From positions 74,965-138,964 of the forward strand of contig CANQGP010000004.1 in assembly GCA_947623285.1 (NCBI GenBank): DNA of 64,000 bases, given 5' to 3'. The DNA comes from an uncultured Clostridia bacterium. GTDB lineage: Bacteria > Bacillota > Clostridia > TANB77 > CAG-508. The translations under genes were made by a program, and so were the position numbers. The notes beneath the pieces were generated by a model. That model saw only the letters and a list, made by a program, of their open reading frames with translations. It was not told the origin of the DNA and did not search any database. How positions within the stretch are numbered: the first letter of the stretch is position 1; each line of letters opens with the position of its first letter. Positions 48,746-58,829 of the stretch are shown here, piece by piece.

Positions 48746-48800
48746 TTTTTTATACCTCCTAAATTTATTTGCTTTTGTATTTTAAGCTTTTGCTAGTCTT

Positions 48801-48828
48801 ATTATATCAATAATTATTTTTTTTACAA
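48801..48828 (-). promoter_or_regulatory. Sigma-A-type promoter of pfkA(-addA)
   Basis: On the minus strand: TTGTAA, a 16-nt spacer, then TGaTATAAT (extended -10). Confidence 0.5.
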
Positions 48829-48956
48829 CTAATTTTTAGAAAAAAGTTTTAAGTAGGCGATTTAATAAACAAGCAATTTTTTTGAATAAGAACCTGTCCT
48901 ATTTTAAAAAAAATACCCGTACAGCATTTTTATTGCATATACGGATATTTTAGTTT

Positions 48957-50441
48957 CTATTTTTTATCGGCTTTTCCACCTTTTTTCTTTACAATAATTA
49001 TTCCTGTTGCTACTGCTACAAGTACAATTAATGTAATTACAGCCCATGCTACAGAGTGGTTTGCACCTGTTTTAAATGGATTTAAATTGTCTAATATTGA
49101 ACCTTTTCCTTTATCAGGATCCTCTGCACTCCAACCATTGTTAGTTCCACCTGGATTTGATGTTGGTGATGAACTTGGCTCAGAACTTGGTTCAGCACTT
49201 GGCTCTGTTGTAGGTTCTGATGATGGTTCTGTACTTGGCTCTGATGAAGGTTCCGTTGATGGTGTAGTACTTGGTTCAGTACTTGGACTTGTTGAAGGTT
49301 CTGTTGATGGTGTAGTACTTGGCTCAGTACTTGGACTTGTTGAAGGTTCTGTTGATGGTGTAGTACTTGGCTCTGTACTTGGACTCGTTGAAGGTTCCGT
49401 TGATGGAGATGTTGTTGGCTCTGGACTTGGATTAACTGGCTCGCTTGTTGCCAATATTTGAAGTCCTGCTTCTTCTCCTACTTTATCTGTATGAGATTGT
49501 TCATCTTCTCCTGTGTATGTTACATACATTTCAACTCTATATGTAGCACCTTCCTCTAAATTTTCTTCAAATTTTACTGGTTGTTCTAATTTTTCTAAGT
49601 CTTGTTTTGAAATTGTCTTTGTTTCAACTGGGTCATCTTGACCTTCTTTGTACAATTTTATTTCTATATTTGTTAAAGAATCTGTTTCATCTCCTACTTC
49701 AAAATATGTTGATATCATAGGTTTATTGTCTTGTCCTTCAATAACATTTGTTTCAACTTCTGCGTTAAAACTTGTTATTTGTGGAGCTGATTTTAGTATT
49801 ATTCTTCCTTGATATAGATTATCTGATTCTACCTTTATTTGTTCTGATGAATGTGATAAAGATGCTGTTTTTGAGAATGTGTCTATTGCTTGTATTGCAA
49901 CTCCTGATGTTCGTGGTGTTGCTGTTGTTGTTTGTTCACCTTCTCCTTCTTTATGTGTTTTTATATATATTGTACCTAATTTTACACTATCTATATCTTC
50001 ATCATCTTTTAAATGATTTAATTCTTTTGTTCCAACATAATATAAGTTCATTCTTTCTTCTATATTTCCTGTTGTTTCATCTTTAGCTTGTTCTGTAACT
50101 CTAACTTCATTAAGCTCAGGTTTTCCTTCTTTTGTTAGTTCTTCGTTCCATTCAAAGCTTGAATCGAAACAGTCTGCTATATCTACTTCCAATCCAACTT
50201 GAAAGCTTGCTATACTTGATGTATCATGCATTCCAAGATACACGTCAACTTTTTCATATGTATCTTTTTCTGTTGCATTATTTATTTCTGCTTCTTGGAA
50301 ATATATACTTGAATATGGTCTTGTAACAGTTTTTGCATTTTCATTTATTTTATTTACATTTGCCAAAACAAAACCTGCTATTGCTATAATAAGTATTGTT
50401 AGAGATGCTAATATTACTTTTTGTTTCTTGTTTATTTTCAT
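48957..50441 (-). CDS. Surface protein with a cohesin-like N-terminal module, a Pro/Thr/Ser/Glu linker and a C-terminal sorting-signal-like anchor
   Basis: N-terminal TM/signal segment and a beta-rich module ([23 protein letters not shown]...VKLGTIYIK). ([16 protein letters not shown])x3 repeats. C-terminus is NPFKTG, a hydrophobic helix, then [10 protein letters not shown]. Confidence 0.65.
   Translation of the reverse strand: MKINKKQKVILASLTILIIAIAGFVLANVNKINENAKTVTRPYSSIYFQEAEINNATEKDTYEKVDVYLGMHDTSSIASFQVGLEVDIADCFDSSFEWNEELTKEGKPELNEVRVTEQAKDETTGNIEERMNLYYVGTKELNHLKDDEDIDSVKLGTIYIKTHKEGEGEQTTTATPRTSGVAIQAIDTFSKTASLSHSSEQIKVESDNLYQGRIILKSAPQITSFNAEVETNVIEGQDNKPMISTYFEVGDETDSLTNIEIKLYKEGQDDPVETKTISKQDLEKLEQPVKFEENLEEGATYRVEMYVTYTGEDEQSHTDKVGEEAGLQILATSEPVNPSPEPTTSPSTEPSTSPSTEPSTTPSTEPSTSPSTEPSTTPSTEPSTSPSTEPSTTPSTEPSSEPSTEPSSEPTTEPSAEPSSEPSSSPTSNPGGTNNGWSAEDPDKGKGSILDNLNPFKTGANHSVAWAVITLIVLVAVATGIIIVKKKGGKADKK
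49249..49392. repeat. 48-bp tandem repeat x3 (plus a partial fourth) encoding the PT-linker
   Basis: The units 49249-49296, 49297-49344 and 49345-49392 differ at only a few positions. Confidence 0.9.
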
Positions 50442-50517
50442 AACGTCCTCCTTTCATTTTTGGGCTACATTTCTGTAGAGGAGCTTTATGCTCCGTCTAC
50501 ATACTTTGTATTTTTTA

Positions 50518-53500
50518 TTATTTTTTTGTTCTATCATCTGTTAATGTTATTGAGCCGAAATTCGTAGGTAGTTTCATATTTAATGTATCACTAACTGTTC
50601 TGTCTCCAGTTAATTTTATTGCATCATCTACACGTAATAATTCTGCTTTTACTTCTCCGCCTTTTTCTTTTATTCTCGTATAGAATTCATTTGCTTTAGT
50701 GCTTCCATGTTCATCTGTAGTCTCTGGTTCTACTACATAAACCCAATTTCCATCATTTGTTTCTCCAAGATCTGCTTTTCCTGGGTCATCTGCTAATATT
50801 ACTTGATATCCATCTACTATTTCCCACTTATCTGAACCAGTTTCTTTATACCATAGTAATACAACGTTATATGCTGGATTTCCTTTGTATTTTCCTGTAA
50901 ATACTATTGCATCTTTAGGTATTGAATATTGTTCACTACCATCTTCATTGTATGAATATACAAATTTATCTGCATTTAATCCTACTGATTCTGCTACTGT
51001 ATCTCTAAATTCTACATTATCTCCTGTTTGACCAATCAAGTCTAATTCTTTTATTGATATGCTTGAACTATGTATTATGAATTTAACATATGTGCAGTCG
51101 TAATCATAGTTATAAAATTCGTTTTCACCGTCTTCACTTACTTTTGTGAAGTACAATGTTTCTTCTCCATTTTCTAGAGTCTTAGCTGTATCTATGTTAA
51201 AGAAGTTTGCAATATTTGCTATTGCTGTTGGTTTGTTTGATTTAACTGTTGTCCAGTTTTCTTTATCGTTACTTACTTGGATTTCATAGTTTTCTATTTG
51301 TTTGTCTGCATAATATTTTAATCCAACTAATTTTTTAACTTCTGGTAATTCTATTGTTATTTCAACATCTTTTCCATCTGGTGTTGTTGCTTCAAATGGA
51401 ACTTTTTCGTTATCTGCTAATGCTGATGCTCCTGATATAACTTGTACTCCATCTGATGTATCTACTTGTTTATTTTTAGGGTCATTTTCAACTTTTGTAT
51501 CTGAAGTTGACGTTGCGTTTGTTGTTATTTGCCAATCTGTTTTATCTATTTCACCTTTGTGTGAAACTTTTACTGGCTCTAATGTTTTTTCTCCAACTTT
51601 CATTAACCATTTGTCATATGCAACAATTTTATATGTGAATGCTCTATTGTTAATTGTACTTACAACATCTGTAAATTGAAGTTTAGTTTGACCATTTGCT
51701 TCTACAAATGCTACTGGTCTTGAATTTTCTTTTAATTCTAATCCGTTTGGGTCTTTATCACTATATGTTCTTATTACTTCATATCCTAGCATTGCATCTT
51801 TGAAATCATCTGGTATAGTTACTTCGAACTTAACTTCATTTCCATTTATTCTATTATTTTCTGCATTTGTTATATTTGCTGTTAATTCAAATTGTTTGTT
51901 TTTCTCTGCTTCAATCATCATTACAGCAGGTTCATAGTCTACCATATAACTATTTGCCTCATCATTTACATATTGAACTGCCATTACACCTTCATCAAAT
52001 TGACTTGCATATTCTATTGTTTCTTCATTTGGTTCCATTCCCCATTGTTCAAAGAAATATAGTATATTGCTCTTAGTTGCTGCACATGCTAATTTCATTA
52101 AGTTATCATCTTTGCTTTCTGTTAGTGTTAAATCTACTTGTTTTGTTTTTCCTTTTGGAGCTTTTTTAGTATCTCTAGCATATGTATCCATACGTGCAAA
52201 TATTGAGCTATTTTGTTGTTCTTGTGGAGTACTTAAATCCATATAGCTATATCCTGATGTATCATATGCTAAGTGTAATTGCCAATATAGTCCAAGTTGT
52301 GTAAATACATTTTGTGCTTTTCCTTTTTTGCCTGATGTTACTTTGTTGTATACATCTTTATAATCAAATCTTACTGTATTTCTTGTATTATCTGTTTGAG
52401 CTAATATTGAGAAGTAGTTGTTTGTAACTTCTCCGTGTACATATGCTTGTTGATTGATTACGTGTCCAATTTCATGAGCAATACCCCATCCAAAGTAATT
52501 TCCATCTGAATTTGTTACTTTTCCAGTCTCATCAACTACAAATGGTGAACCTTTTGATAGGTCTTTTACTTCATTCCATTGAATTCCTATATGTTGACCT
52601 CCTGCATACATGAATGCATCTCCTGTCATTCTCATGCATCTAATATTTTGTCTTGTACGAGGGAATGTATGTGCATATTCTGCACCTGGTGTACCTTCTT
52701 CACTTAAACCTTTTTGGTTATAGAATAGTTTCATCATGTCTTCCATTGCTGTTAATGTTTTTTCTAATCCTGCAACTTTCTCAGCATTTGTCTTATATCC
52801 TTTTTCTTCTAATCCTTTCCAGATTTGTTTTGAAGATACTGAATACATCATTTCATCTAATACAATTTCTGTTGCTCCTAAGATACAATCTTCACCATCA
52901 GCATAATTTTGTATTCCGTAATCTGATTTGTATTCTTTACATTCTTCGTTATGTCTTTGTTGTAATGATTTTTGTTCAGCATTTCCATTTATTGTTTTAT
53001 CCAATTCATCTATATATGCTGTTATTCTCTTTGTTCTTTCTTCAGCTGAAATTGCTTTTCTTGTTGCTACTCCATAGTTTGGATCTAATACTTCTTCTTT
53101 ACTTAAATCTAATACCGGTATTTCATGTCCGCCTGTTACTCTTACTTTGTATTCTCTATCTATATATCTTGTTGGGTCATCTTCTTTTAGTCCTGTGTAA
53201 TTTATGTATAATGAACCTCCATGTTCTCTATTAGTTGTAATCAAGTCTGGTATAGTTATAGTATTTGCACCGACACTTAAATTACTTATTACTGTTGATT
53301 GCCAATTTCCAGCTTCTGCACGCCATTGTGTAGCAATTAATTGTAATCTTGTACTATCTCCTGATACTTTGTATGGATTTCCTACATATATTGTAACTTC
53401 TTCTCCTCCACGTGCTGATACTCCAAGTGGTTGCCATCCATTTAAGCTTCCTTTAAATTCTATATCTTTTTTATTATCAGCACTATATGTATCATACCAT

Positions 53501-56500
53501 GTTGACATTGTGCTATTAACTTTTGTTACTTCTCCTAAATCACCTTTTTGAATTAATACTCTTGCTGTATCTAATTCTCTTTTTAAGCTTTCTTTTTCTG
53601 GACTTGTTTCTCCTGTTTCATCTCCCTTGTTTATTTTATCTTCAATTGCTTGAACTCTATCAAGGGCTGCTTGCTTATTAGCTTCTGTTGATATGTCTAT
53701 ATCTTTTGCAAGTGTTAAACGCATTGCATCTTCAAATAATGCATCTATTTCATCTTCAATTGTATCATAGTTATAGAATCCCATTTCTGCTATAGTGACA
53801 TTTCCGCCACCTCCAACTCCAATAACCAATCTATCTGTTGTAATTGGTTTTGCAAGTTTTATTGCAGTATAGTAATCTCCATCATTGTCTTCTCTTCTAG
53901 CTACTAAAGATGCTCTCATTCTATTATTATTTGATGTTCCTGCTTCATCTCTGTAACGTATTGTTGCATGTTGGAAAGCTCCATCCCATTGTACTTTTGC
54001 AAGTGTTATATAGTTCATTTTATATGGTTTATCAAATTCTACTACAATACATTTATCATTTCCATCATAGAATCCTCCAGCATCCCAGTCAGTACATTCA
54101 AAATATGAACTAAAGTCATTATCTACTAAACCTTTTGCTGAATATAATGATTTATTGCTAGGATTTTGAATTGGATTTCCATTTTCGTCTACATCTAGTG
54201 AACTATCTTTCATGCTACGTTTTATACCATCTACCTGATACCATATATTTGTGATTGTTGGTGATACAGTTCCACGTTCACCTTGTTGATTTATTCTATG
54301 ATATTTTGGTAATTCAACTTCTTTTACATCTAGTGTTTTTGCTGAAGCAGTTTCTTTAGGGTCTTCCCCCATTCCTAATGAATTACGTCCTACTACTTTT
54401 ATTTCGTAATTTTGTAAGCTCTTTAATGCTTCTCCATCTTTCATTTCTGTAATTGTATATGAAGTTTCTGTGATACCTTTTTCTACATCTGGTACAGTTG
54501 TAGGTGTCCCTGTAGTAGGGTCTACTTTTATTTCAGATTCTTTTTTAGTTGGACTAACTAATGTCCAGCCTTCATCTGATTCTCCATTTTCATTTGCTTC
54601 TCTACAATATACAAAATAATCCGAAGCTCTACGGTCTGCATTCCATGTTACTTTTATTGTTTTATATCCACCTTTTGCTGTTATTCCTGTAATTGCTTGT
54701 GGGACTCTCGTTGGTTTTGGTTGAACTTCAAGTTCTTTACTTGGAGCACTTTGCCATTCTCCATTTACTGCATATACTGTAATATAGTATTTTGTGAAGT
54801 CCTTATAATTGTTTTTGTTCATATAATTTTTTATGAAATCATTTTGGAATCTTTCTATTTTTAATTCATGACCGTCAATTCCTTCATGAATATCTGTTAA
54901 TTCTATACCATTAATTTCTGCTTTTATTTGTACTTTATATCCTGTAACATTTGGCACATTATTCCATCTAACTGTAAATCCTTCTTCTGTTACTGAATCT
55001 AAAATTTCTTGTTCCCTTAATTCTGGTTCTCCTAATTGTGGAGCTGGTATTTTGTCTCCCATTCCATTTAAGAATTCAACTTTTGCTATATCTGCTAATT
55101 TTGTACCTTCTGTTCCTGTTACTCTTATTGTAACTCTTTTTACTGCAATTTGTGAACCAAAGTCTACTGTTATGCTACCATCATTTTCTACATATGCTTT
55201 TCCACCATCAATTGGTTCATAAGTTGGTTCTGTAGCTATTGCTTTTGGAGCACCTACATCTGATATAATATTATTTTTTTCTGCATATACTCCTAAAACT
55301 TTTACTCCTAAGTCACCTTCTTCAGTTACTTCTGTTGGAGATGGTGAATTTGTTGATTGTCCATTTCTTTTTTCTATTTCACATATAACTTTTACAGCTT
55401 TACCTTCACCACCATTATATGTATAATCATATCCATCTACAGTTATTACTCCGTCTGTTATATTATTATCAGCATTTTGTGACGGTGCTATACTTAATAA
55501 TTCAGTTGCTGTTGTATCATTATTTACTTCTAACCCTATTTCAATTGGGTTTGTTTCTGATATTGGTTGTGTTACATCATTAGGTTGTAATGTTACATGT
55601 TTATCATTATTTTCTAACACTTCCTTTATATCTGTTGCCAATGTTGGGTCTGGTTTACCCTCTGGGTCAGTTTTTCCTGCAAAATAATTTCCTGCTGTTT
55701 TTGTTGAAGATATATCATTAACAATTATATTTGTTATATGTCTTTGTGTTGGTCCAATTATTGTACTATCTTTGCTATTTATTGCAGCATATGATAAATC
55801 TACTATATCTATTTCTCCATCTTGATTAAGGTCATAAGTAAAACCTTTATCTTCTCCAGTTTCAATTCTGTTAAGCAATTCGTTTTGGTCATCTTTTGTT
55901 ACACCATTTTTTCCGTCAACATCTCCAAGCTTAAGTATACCTACTCCCATGCTCTTTCCTGTTACGGGGTCTACATATGAAGCATCATATCCATTTGTGA
56001 ATTCTAGGTGTGTTGTTGTATTTGCTTTTATTTCAATTGCATCATCTGCTGTTTCAGCTACAGTTTCATATGTTTGATAACCTTTTCCTTCAATACGCAA
56101 TTTATATTTACCTGCTTCCAAATTATTGAACACGTAAAATAATTGCTTTTCGTTTCCTTTTCCAGTTTCTTTTTGGTCTGAAACTCTATCAGCGCTTCCT
56201 GTTTTGATTAAAGTTATTTTAATATCTCCAGTTTCAGTTGTTACTTGTGGAAATCTTAAATCTAACTTTATTTCTAAGCTACCAGGCATTTTTGAAATTT
56301 GGTCTTGTAGTTTACTACCTTCTCCTTCTTCCAAAGATATTGCACTTGGCTCAGTATTTGGGTCTACACTTACCTCGTTTGGTTCATCGCTAGGCTCAAC
56401 ACTTGGCTCGGTGCTTGGTGTTTCACTAGGTTCAATGCTTGGCTCTGTTGATGGTGTAGCTTCATTTTCTGTTACCTCTTCATTTGTTTCTACATTTGAT

Positions 56501-56700
56501 TCTACTCCATCTAGATTTTGAGCTGTTTTTCTAACTCCTTGCACAGTTGCCTTGCTTTCTTGTGTTGCCATAGTCGCTGCTTTTGTTTTTGATTGTTCTT
56601 TTATTGTTTCAGCTATATCTGCTGCAAGTACTGCTACATTGCCACTTAACATAGCAAATATAATACTTAAAACAATAGTAAATTTTAAAAGTTTTTTCAT
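50518..56700 (-). CDS. Secreted 2060-aa multidomain protein: PT-linker, dockerin-like repeat, FN3 and discoidin-like modules, and an M60-like zinc metallopeptidase
   Basis: Signal peptide MKKLLKFTIVLSIIFAMLSGNVAVLAA. Dockerin-like GDVDGKNGVTKDD...DLNQDGEIDIVD (nt 55777-55926). FN3-like FTVRWNNVPNVTGYKV. M60 motif GWGIAHEIGHVINQ...EVTNN (HEIGH at nt 52462-52476). Confidence 0.8.
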   Translation of the reverse strand: MKKLLKFTIVLSIIFAMLSGNVAVLAADIAETIKEQSKTKAATMATQESKATVQGVRKTAQNLDGVESNVETNEEVTENEATPSTEPSIEPSETPSTEPSVEPSDEPNEVSVDPNTEPSAISLEEGEGSKLQDQISKMPGSLEIKLDLRFPQVTTETGDIKITLIKTGSADRVSDQKETGKGNEKQLFYVFNNLEAGKYKLRIEGKGYQTYETVAETADDAIEIKANTTTHLEFTNGYDASYVDPVTGKSMGVGILKLGDVDGKNGVTKDDQNELLNRIETGEDKGFTYDLNQDGEIDIVDLSYAAINSKDSTIIGPTQRHITNIIVNDISSTKTAGNYFAGKTDPEGKPDPTLATDIKEVLENNDKHVTLQPNDVTQPISETNPIEIGLEVNNDTTATELLSIAPSQNADNNITDGVITVDGYDYTYNGGEGKAVKVICEIEKRNGQSTNSPSPTEVTEEGDLGVKVLGVYAEKNNIISDVGAPKAIATEPTYEPIDGGKAYVENDGSITVDFGSQIAVKRVTIRVTGTEGTKLADIAKVEFLNGMGDKIPAPQLGEPELREQEILDSVTEEGFTVRWNNVPNVTGYKVQIKAEINGIELTDIHEGIDGHELKIERFQNDFIKNYMNKNNYKDFTKYYITVYAVNGEWQSAPSKELEVQPKPTRVPQAITGITAKGGYKTIKVTWNADRRASDYFVYCREANENGESDEGWTLVSPTKKESEIKVDPTTGTPTTVPDVEKGITETSYTITEMKDGEALKSLQNYEIKVVGRNSLGMGEDPKETASAKTLDVKEVELPKYHRINQQGERGTVSPTITNIWYQVDGIKRSMKDSSLDVDENGNPIQNPSNKSLYSAKGLVDNDFSSYFECTDWDAGGFYDGNDKCIVVEFDKPYKMNYITLAKVQWDGAFQHATIRYRDEAGTSNNNRMRASLVARREDNDGDYYTAIKLAKPITTDRLVIGVGGGGNVTIAEMGFYNYDTIEDEIDALFEDAMRLTLAKDIDISTEANKQAALDRVQAIEDKINKGDETGETSPEKESLKRELDTARVLIQKGDLGEVTKVNSTMSTWYDTYSADNKKDIEFKGSLNGWQPLGVSARGGEEVTIYVGNPYKVSGDSTRLQLIATQWRAEAGNWQSTVISNLSVGANTITIPDLITTNREHGGSLYINYTGLKEDDPTRYIDREYKVRVTGGHEIPVLDLSKEEVLDPNYGVATRKAISAEERTKRITAYIDELDKTINGNAEQKSLQQRHNEECKEYKSDYGIQNYADGEDCILGATEIVLDEMMYSVSSKQIWKGLEEKGYKTNAEKVAGLEKTLTAMEDMMKLFYNQKGLSEEGTPGAEYAHTFPRTRQNIRCMRMTGDAFMYAGGQHIGIQWNEVKDLSKGSPFVVDETGKVTNSDGNYFGWGIAHEIGHVINQQAYVHGEVTNNYFSILAQTDNTRNTVRFDYKDVYNKVTSGKKGKAQNVFTQLGLYWQLHLAYDTSGYSYMDLSTPQEQQNSSIFARMDTYARDTKKAPKGKTKQVDLTLTESKDDNLMKLACAATKSNILYFFEQWGMEPNEETIEYASQFDEGVMAVQYVNDEANSYMVDYEPAVMMIEAEKNKQFELTANITNAENNRINGNEVKFEVTIPDDFKDAMLGYEVIRTYSDKDPNGLELKENSRPVAFVEANGQTKLQFTDVVSTINNRAFTYKIVAYDKWLMKVGEKTLEPVKVSHKGEIDKTDWQITTNATSTSDTKVENDPKNKQVDTSDGVQVISGASALADNEKVPFEATTPDGKDVEITIELPEVKKLVGLKYYADKQIENYEIQVSNDKENWTTVKSNKPTAIANIANFFNIDTAKTLENGEETLYFTKVSEDGENEFYNYDYDCTYVKFIIHSSSISIKELDLIGQTGDNVEFRDTVAESVGLNADKFVYSYNEDGSEQYSIPKDAIVFTGKYKGNPAYNVVLLWYKETGSDKWEIVDGYQVILADDPGKADLGETNDGNWVYVVEPETTDEHGSTKANEFYTRIKEKGGEVKAELLRVDDAIKLTGDRTVSDTLNMKLPTNFGSITLTDDRTKK

Positions 56701-56727
56701 AAAAATATCCTCCTTTTGTGCAAATTA

Positions 56728-56759
56728 AAGAGCAAGCTTTTTTTTAAGAGCTTACTCTT
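56728..56759 (-). promoter_or_regulatory. 5'-UTR hairpin of the giant surface-protein gene
   Basis: A 10-bp stem on the minus-strand RNA (aagaguaagc / gcuugcucuu, including one G-U pair) with a 12-nt A-rich loop. It lies between the predicted promoter and the SD and has no U-run. Confidence 0.4.
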
Positions 56760-56776
56760 TTGTATTTTCTTGCCTA

Positions 56777-56805
56777 ATTTTACCATATTAACTCGTTTTT
56801 TTCAA
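56777..56805 (-). promoter_or_regulatory. Sigma-A-type promoter of the giant surface-protein gene
   Basis: On the minus strand: TTGAAA, a 17-nt spacer, then TAAAAT. Confidence 0.45.
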
Positions 56806-56862
56806 CACGTTTTACCTACAATTTCATTACATTTTTATTACAATTATGACAACAATATTTAA

Positions 56863-57519
56863 TTATTTAATAGAAATATGTATATTCTTAGGCTCAGATT
56901 TTAATTCCCTCTGTATTATCTCTTGCAATTGTGTAACTTGTTCTTTAGTTAATTCAGTAGTACCAATTATCACATTAATACTTTCCCCATTTACAAATAT
57001 AACACTATTATCAAAGCCTTTTGTTTTTATTAAATTCTCACATATCATTATACTATTTTTAGTGTTATTTATTTTTTGTATTTCTTCTGTTGCGGCTTGT
57101 TTCTGTGCTTCTTGTGAGCTTGTACTGTTTAATACATTTTGATATACTTCCAGCATTTGTGAATACATTTTATCTCTTTCAATTTTTGAAGTTGCAAAAT
57201 AATCACTTGGACTTGCTGCAGTATTTTGTTCCGTTGTTGCATTATTAGTTTCGGTTGTATTGGACGTATTAACTGTGTTAGTTTCTGTTGCATTTGCTAC
57301 AGTTGTTGTATTAGTATTTTCTCCTGCACTTTCTGTTACTACATCATCGCTATTAACTAATGCAGCATCTCCTATGTCTGCTATTTCGGCTACATCGTTT
57401 GTTGTACTGCTTGTTTGAGTTGTCTTTGAATTGTTTGTTGTATAGTTTAAATATCCTGCTGCTACTAACATTAAAGCTATAACATAAATTATAACTTGAT
57501 TTCCTTTTAAAAATTTCAT
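56863..57519 (-). CDS. spoIIIAH: Stage III sporulation protein AH
   Basis: N-terminal TM segment, a Thr/Asn-rich linker and a C-terminal YscJ/FliF-like ring-building region. It is the last gene of the spoIIIA operon. Confidence 0.8.
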   Translation of the reverse strand: MKFLKGNQVIIYVIALMLVAAGYLNYTTNNSKTTQTSSTTNDVAEIADIGDAALVNSDDVVTESAGENTNTTTVANATETNTVNTSNTTETNNATTEQNTAASPSDYFATSKIERDKMYSQMLEVYQNVLNSTSSQEAQKQAATEEIQKINNTKNSIMICENLIKTKGFDNSVIFVNGESINVIIGTTELTKEQVTQLQEIIQRELKSEPKNIHISIK

Positions 57520-57602
57520 TATTTCTACCTCCCACTTTTTATTGTTGAAAATAACAAGATTTCTAGATATCTTCTTTCAATTTCCATTGCATTTCTCATT
57601 AA

Positions 57603-58247
57603 TCAGTTCATTTCAAATACTTGAATTTTATGAGTAGGCAAACCAGTAGCAGCTTCAACTGCTTGGATTATGCTTGTTTTTACATTTACATTATTAGTAC
57701 CTTTAGCTGTAATTATTGCTCCTTCTATTTTTGGATTAACTACTTTTTGAGTTATTGGAACCTTTTCCCCATTGTTTTCTTGGTATATAACTTCTTTTTG
57801 TGTATCATTTTCTTCTATTTTTCTTGTTCCTCCTGATGTATCTGCTTCTTCAGTTTGTGTGGTTTTAGAATTCTCATTATACATTGCAAGAGTTTCACTT
57901 GATTCAGAATAATTTATAAATACTTTTACGTCTTGCACTCCTTGAATTTTTTTTAATATTTCTTCTAATTCCTTTCCTAAATCTGCATTTGTAGAATTAG
58001 TTTGAACAACTTCTTCTTTGTTCAATCCTAGTGTACTCGCCAATTGTTTTGTTTTGTTAGAAATATTTTGTTCATTTGTGTTTTTATCTTTATCATCTTT
58101 TAATATTAAATTTATTACAACTATTGTTATTATTACTAACACTATAAAAAAAGCTAAATTTTCTATTTTTCTCTTATTTCCTTTATCATCATTTTGTCCC
58201 TTATTGTTCTTTTTTTCTAGTAATTGTTTTATGTTATTACTAAGCAT
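57603..58247 (-). CDS. spoIIIAG: Stage III sporulation protein AG
   Basis: TM segment plus the conserved C-terminus (VKVFINY...PKIEGAIITAKG...ATGLPTHKIQVFEM). Operon position supports the call. Confidence 0.8.
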   Translation of the reverse strand: MLSNNIKQLLEKKNNKGQNDDKGNKRKIENLAFFIVLVIITIVVINLILKDDKDKNTNEQNISNKTKQLASTLGLNKEEVVQTNSTNADLGKELEEILKKIQGVQDVKVFINYSESSETLAMYNENSKTTQTEEADTSGGTRKIEENDTQKEVIYQENNGEKVPITQKVVNPKIEGAIITAKGTNNVNVKTSIIQAVEAATGLPTHKIQVFEMN

Positions 58248-58822
58248 TTTTCATTCACCTCGTATTCTTCTTTTAAAAATTTTTTTAAGTCTTTTTTTTG
58301 AGTTTCAGTTAATTCGTTTTCTTTTTTCTCTGTTTTATCATTTGTGTTTATCTTTTTTATTTTTTGTATTTCCACTAAGAGTTTGTCTTCTACTTCATCT
58401 TTTTGTTCTTTGTTTTCTCCTACTTCAACATCTAAAGTAATTTTATTTATTTTTGTATTTTGAACATTATCTGCTATTGTTGCATCTACATTACATTCAT
58501 TTACAACATATCCTTGTTCTTCTACTTTTTTCTTTATATTTTTTTCAAGTTCTTCTATATACAATTCGTTTATTCTTTTGTTCATTGATTCTTGATTTAT
58601 TTCTATAGAAGAAGTATTTTGTGCATATTCTTCCATTTTAAAGTCATTTATATTTATTTCTTTTTTTAAAAATGGTGATATTATACAAAAAATTATGTAT
58701 GTTCCCATTACCATTTTTATATATTTTTTCGTTTTATTATTAGGCAATATCATTTCTAAAATAGAAGTAATAACTACTGCTAATTCTATGTTTTTTGCCC
58801 AATTACTTAGAAAATTTATCAT
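58229..58822 (-). CDS. spoIIIAF: Stage III sporulation protein AF
   Basis: Two N-terminal TM segments (WAKNIELAVVITSILEMILPNN...). Operon order supports the call, and it overlaps spoIIIAG by 19 nt. Confidence 0.75.
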   Translation of the reverse strand: MINFLSNWAKNIELAVVITSILEMILPNNKTKKYIKMVMGTYIIFCIISPFLKKEININDFKMEEYAQNTSSIEINQESMNKRINELYIEELEKNIKKKVEEQGYVVNECNVDATIADNVQNTKINKITLDVEVGENKEQKDEVEDKLLVEIQKIKKINTNDKTEKKENELTETQKKDLKKFLKEEYEVNEKCLVIT

Positions 58823-58829
58823 TTTTTAC

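Noticed and set aside
49087-49461. Regularly spaced repeats that could be mistaken for a CRISPR-like array, or for a Gly/Val-rich plus-strand ORF.
   Set aside because: The repeats are contiguous 48-bp tandem units with no unique spacers. They sit in frame within the minus-strand surface-protein gene and encode the STEPS linker. The plus-strand ORF is the antisense artefact.
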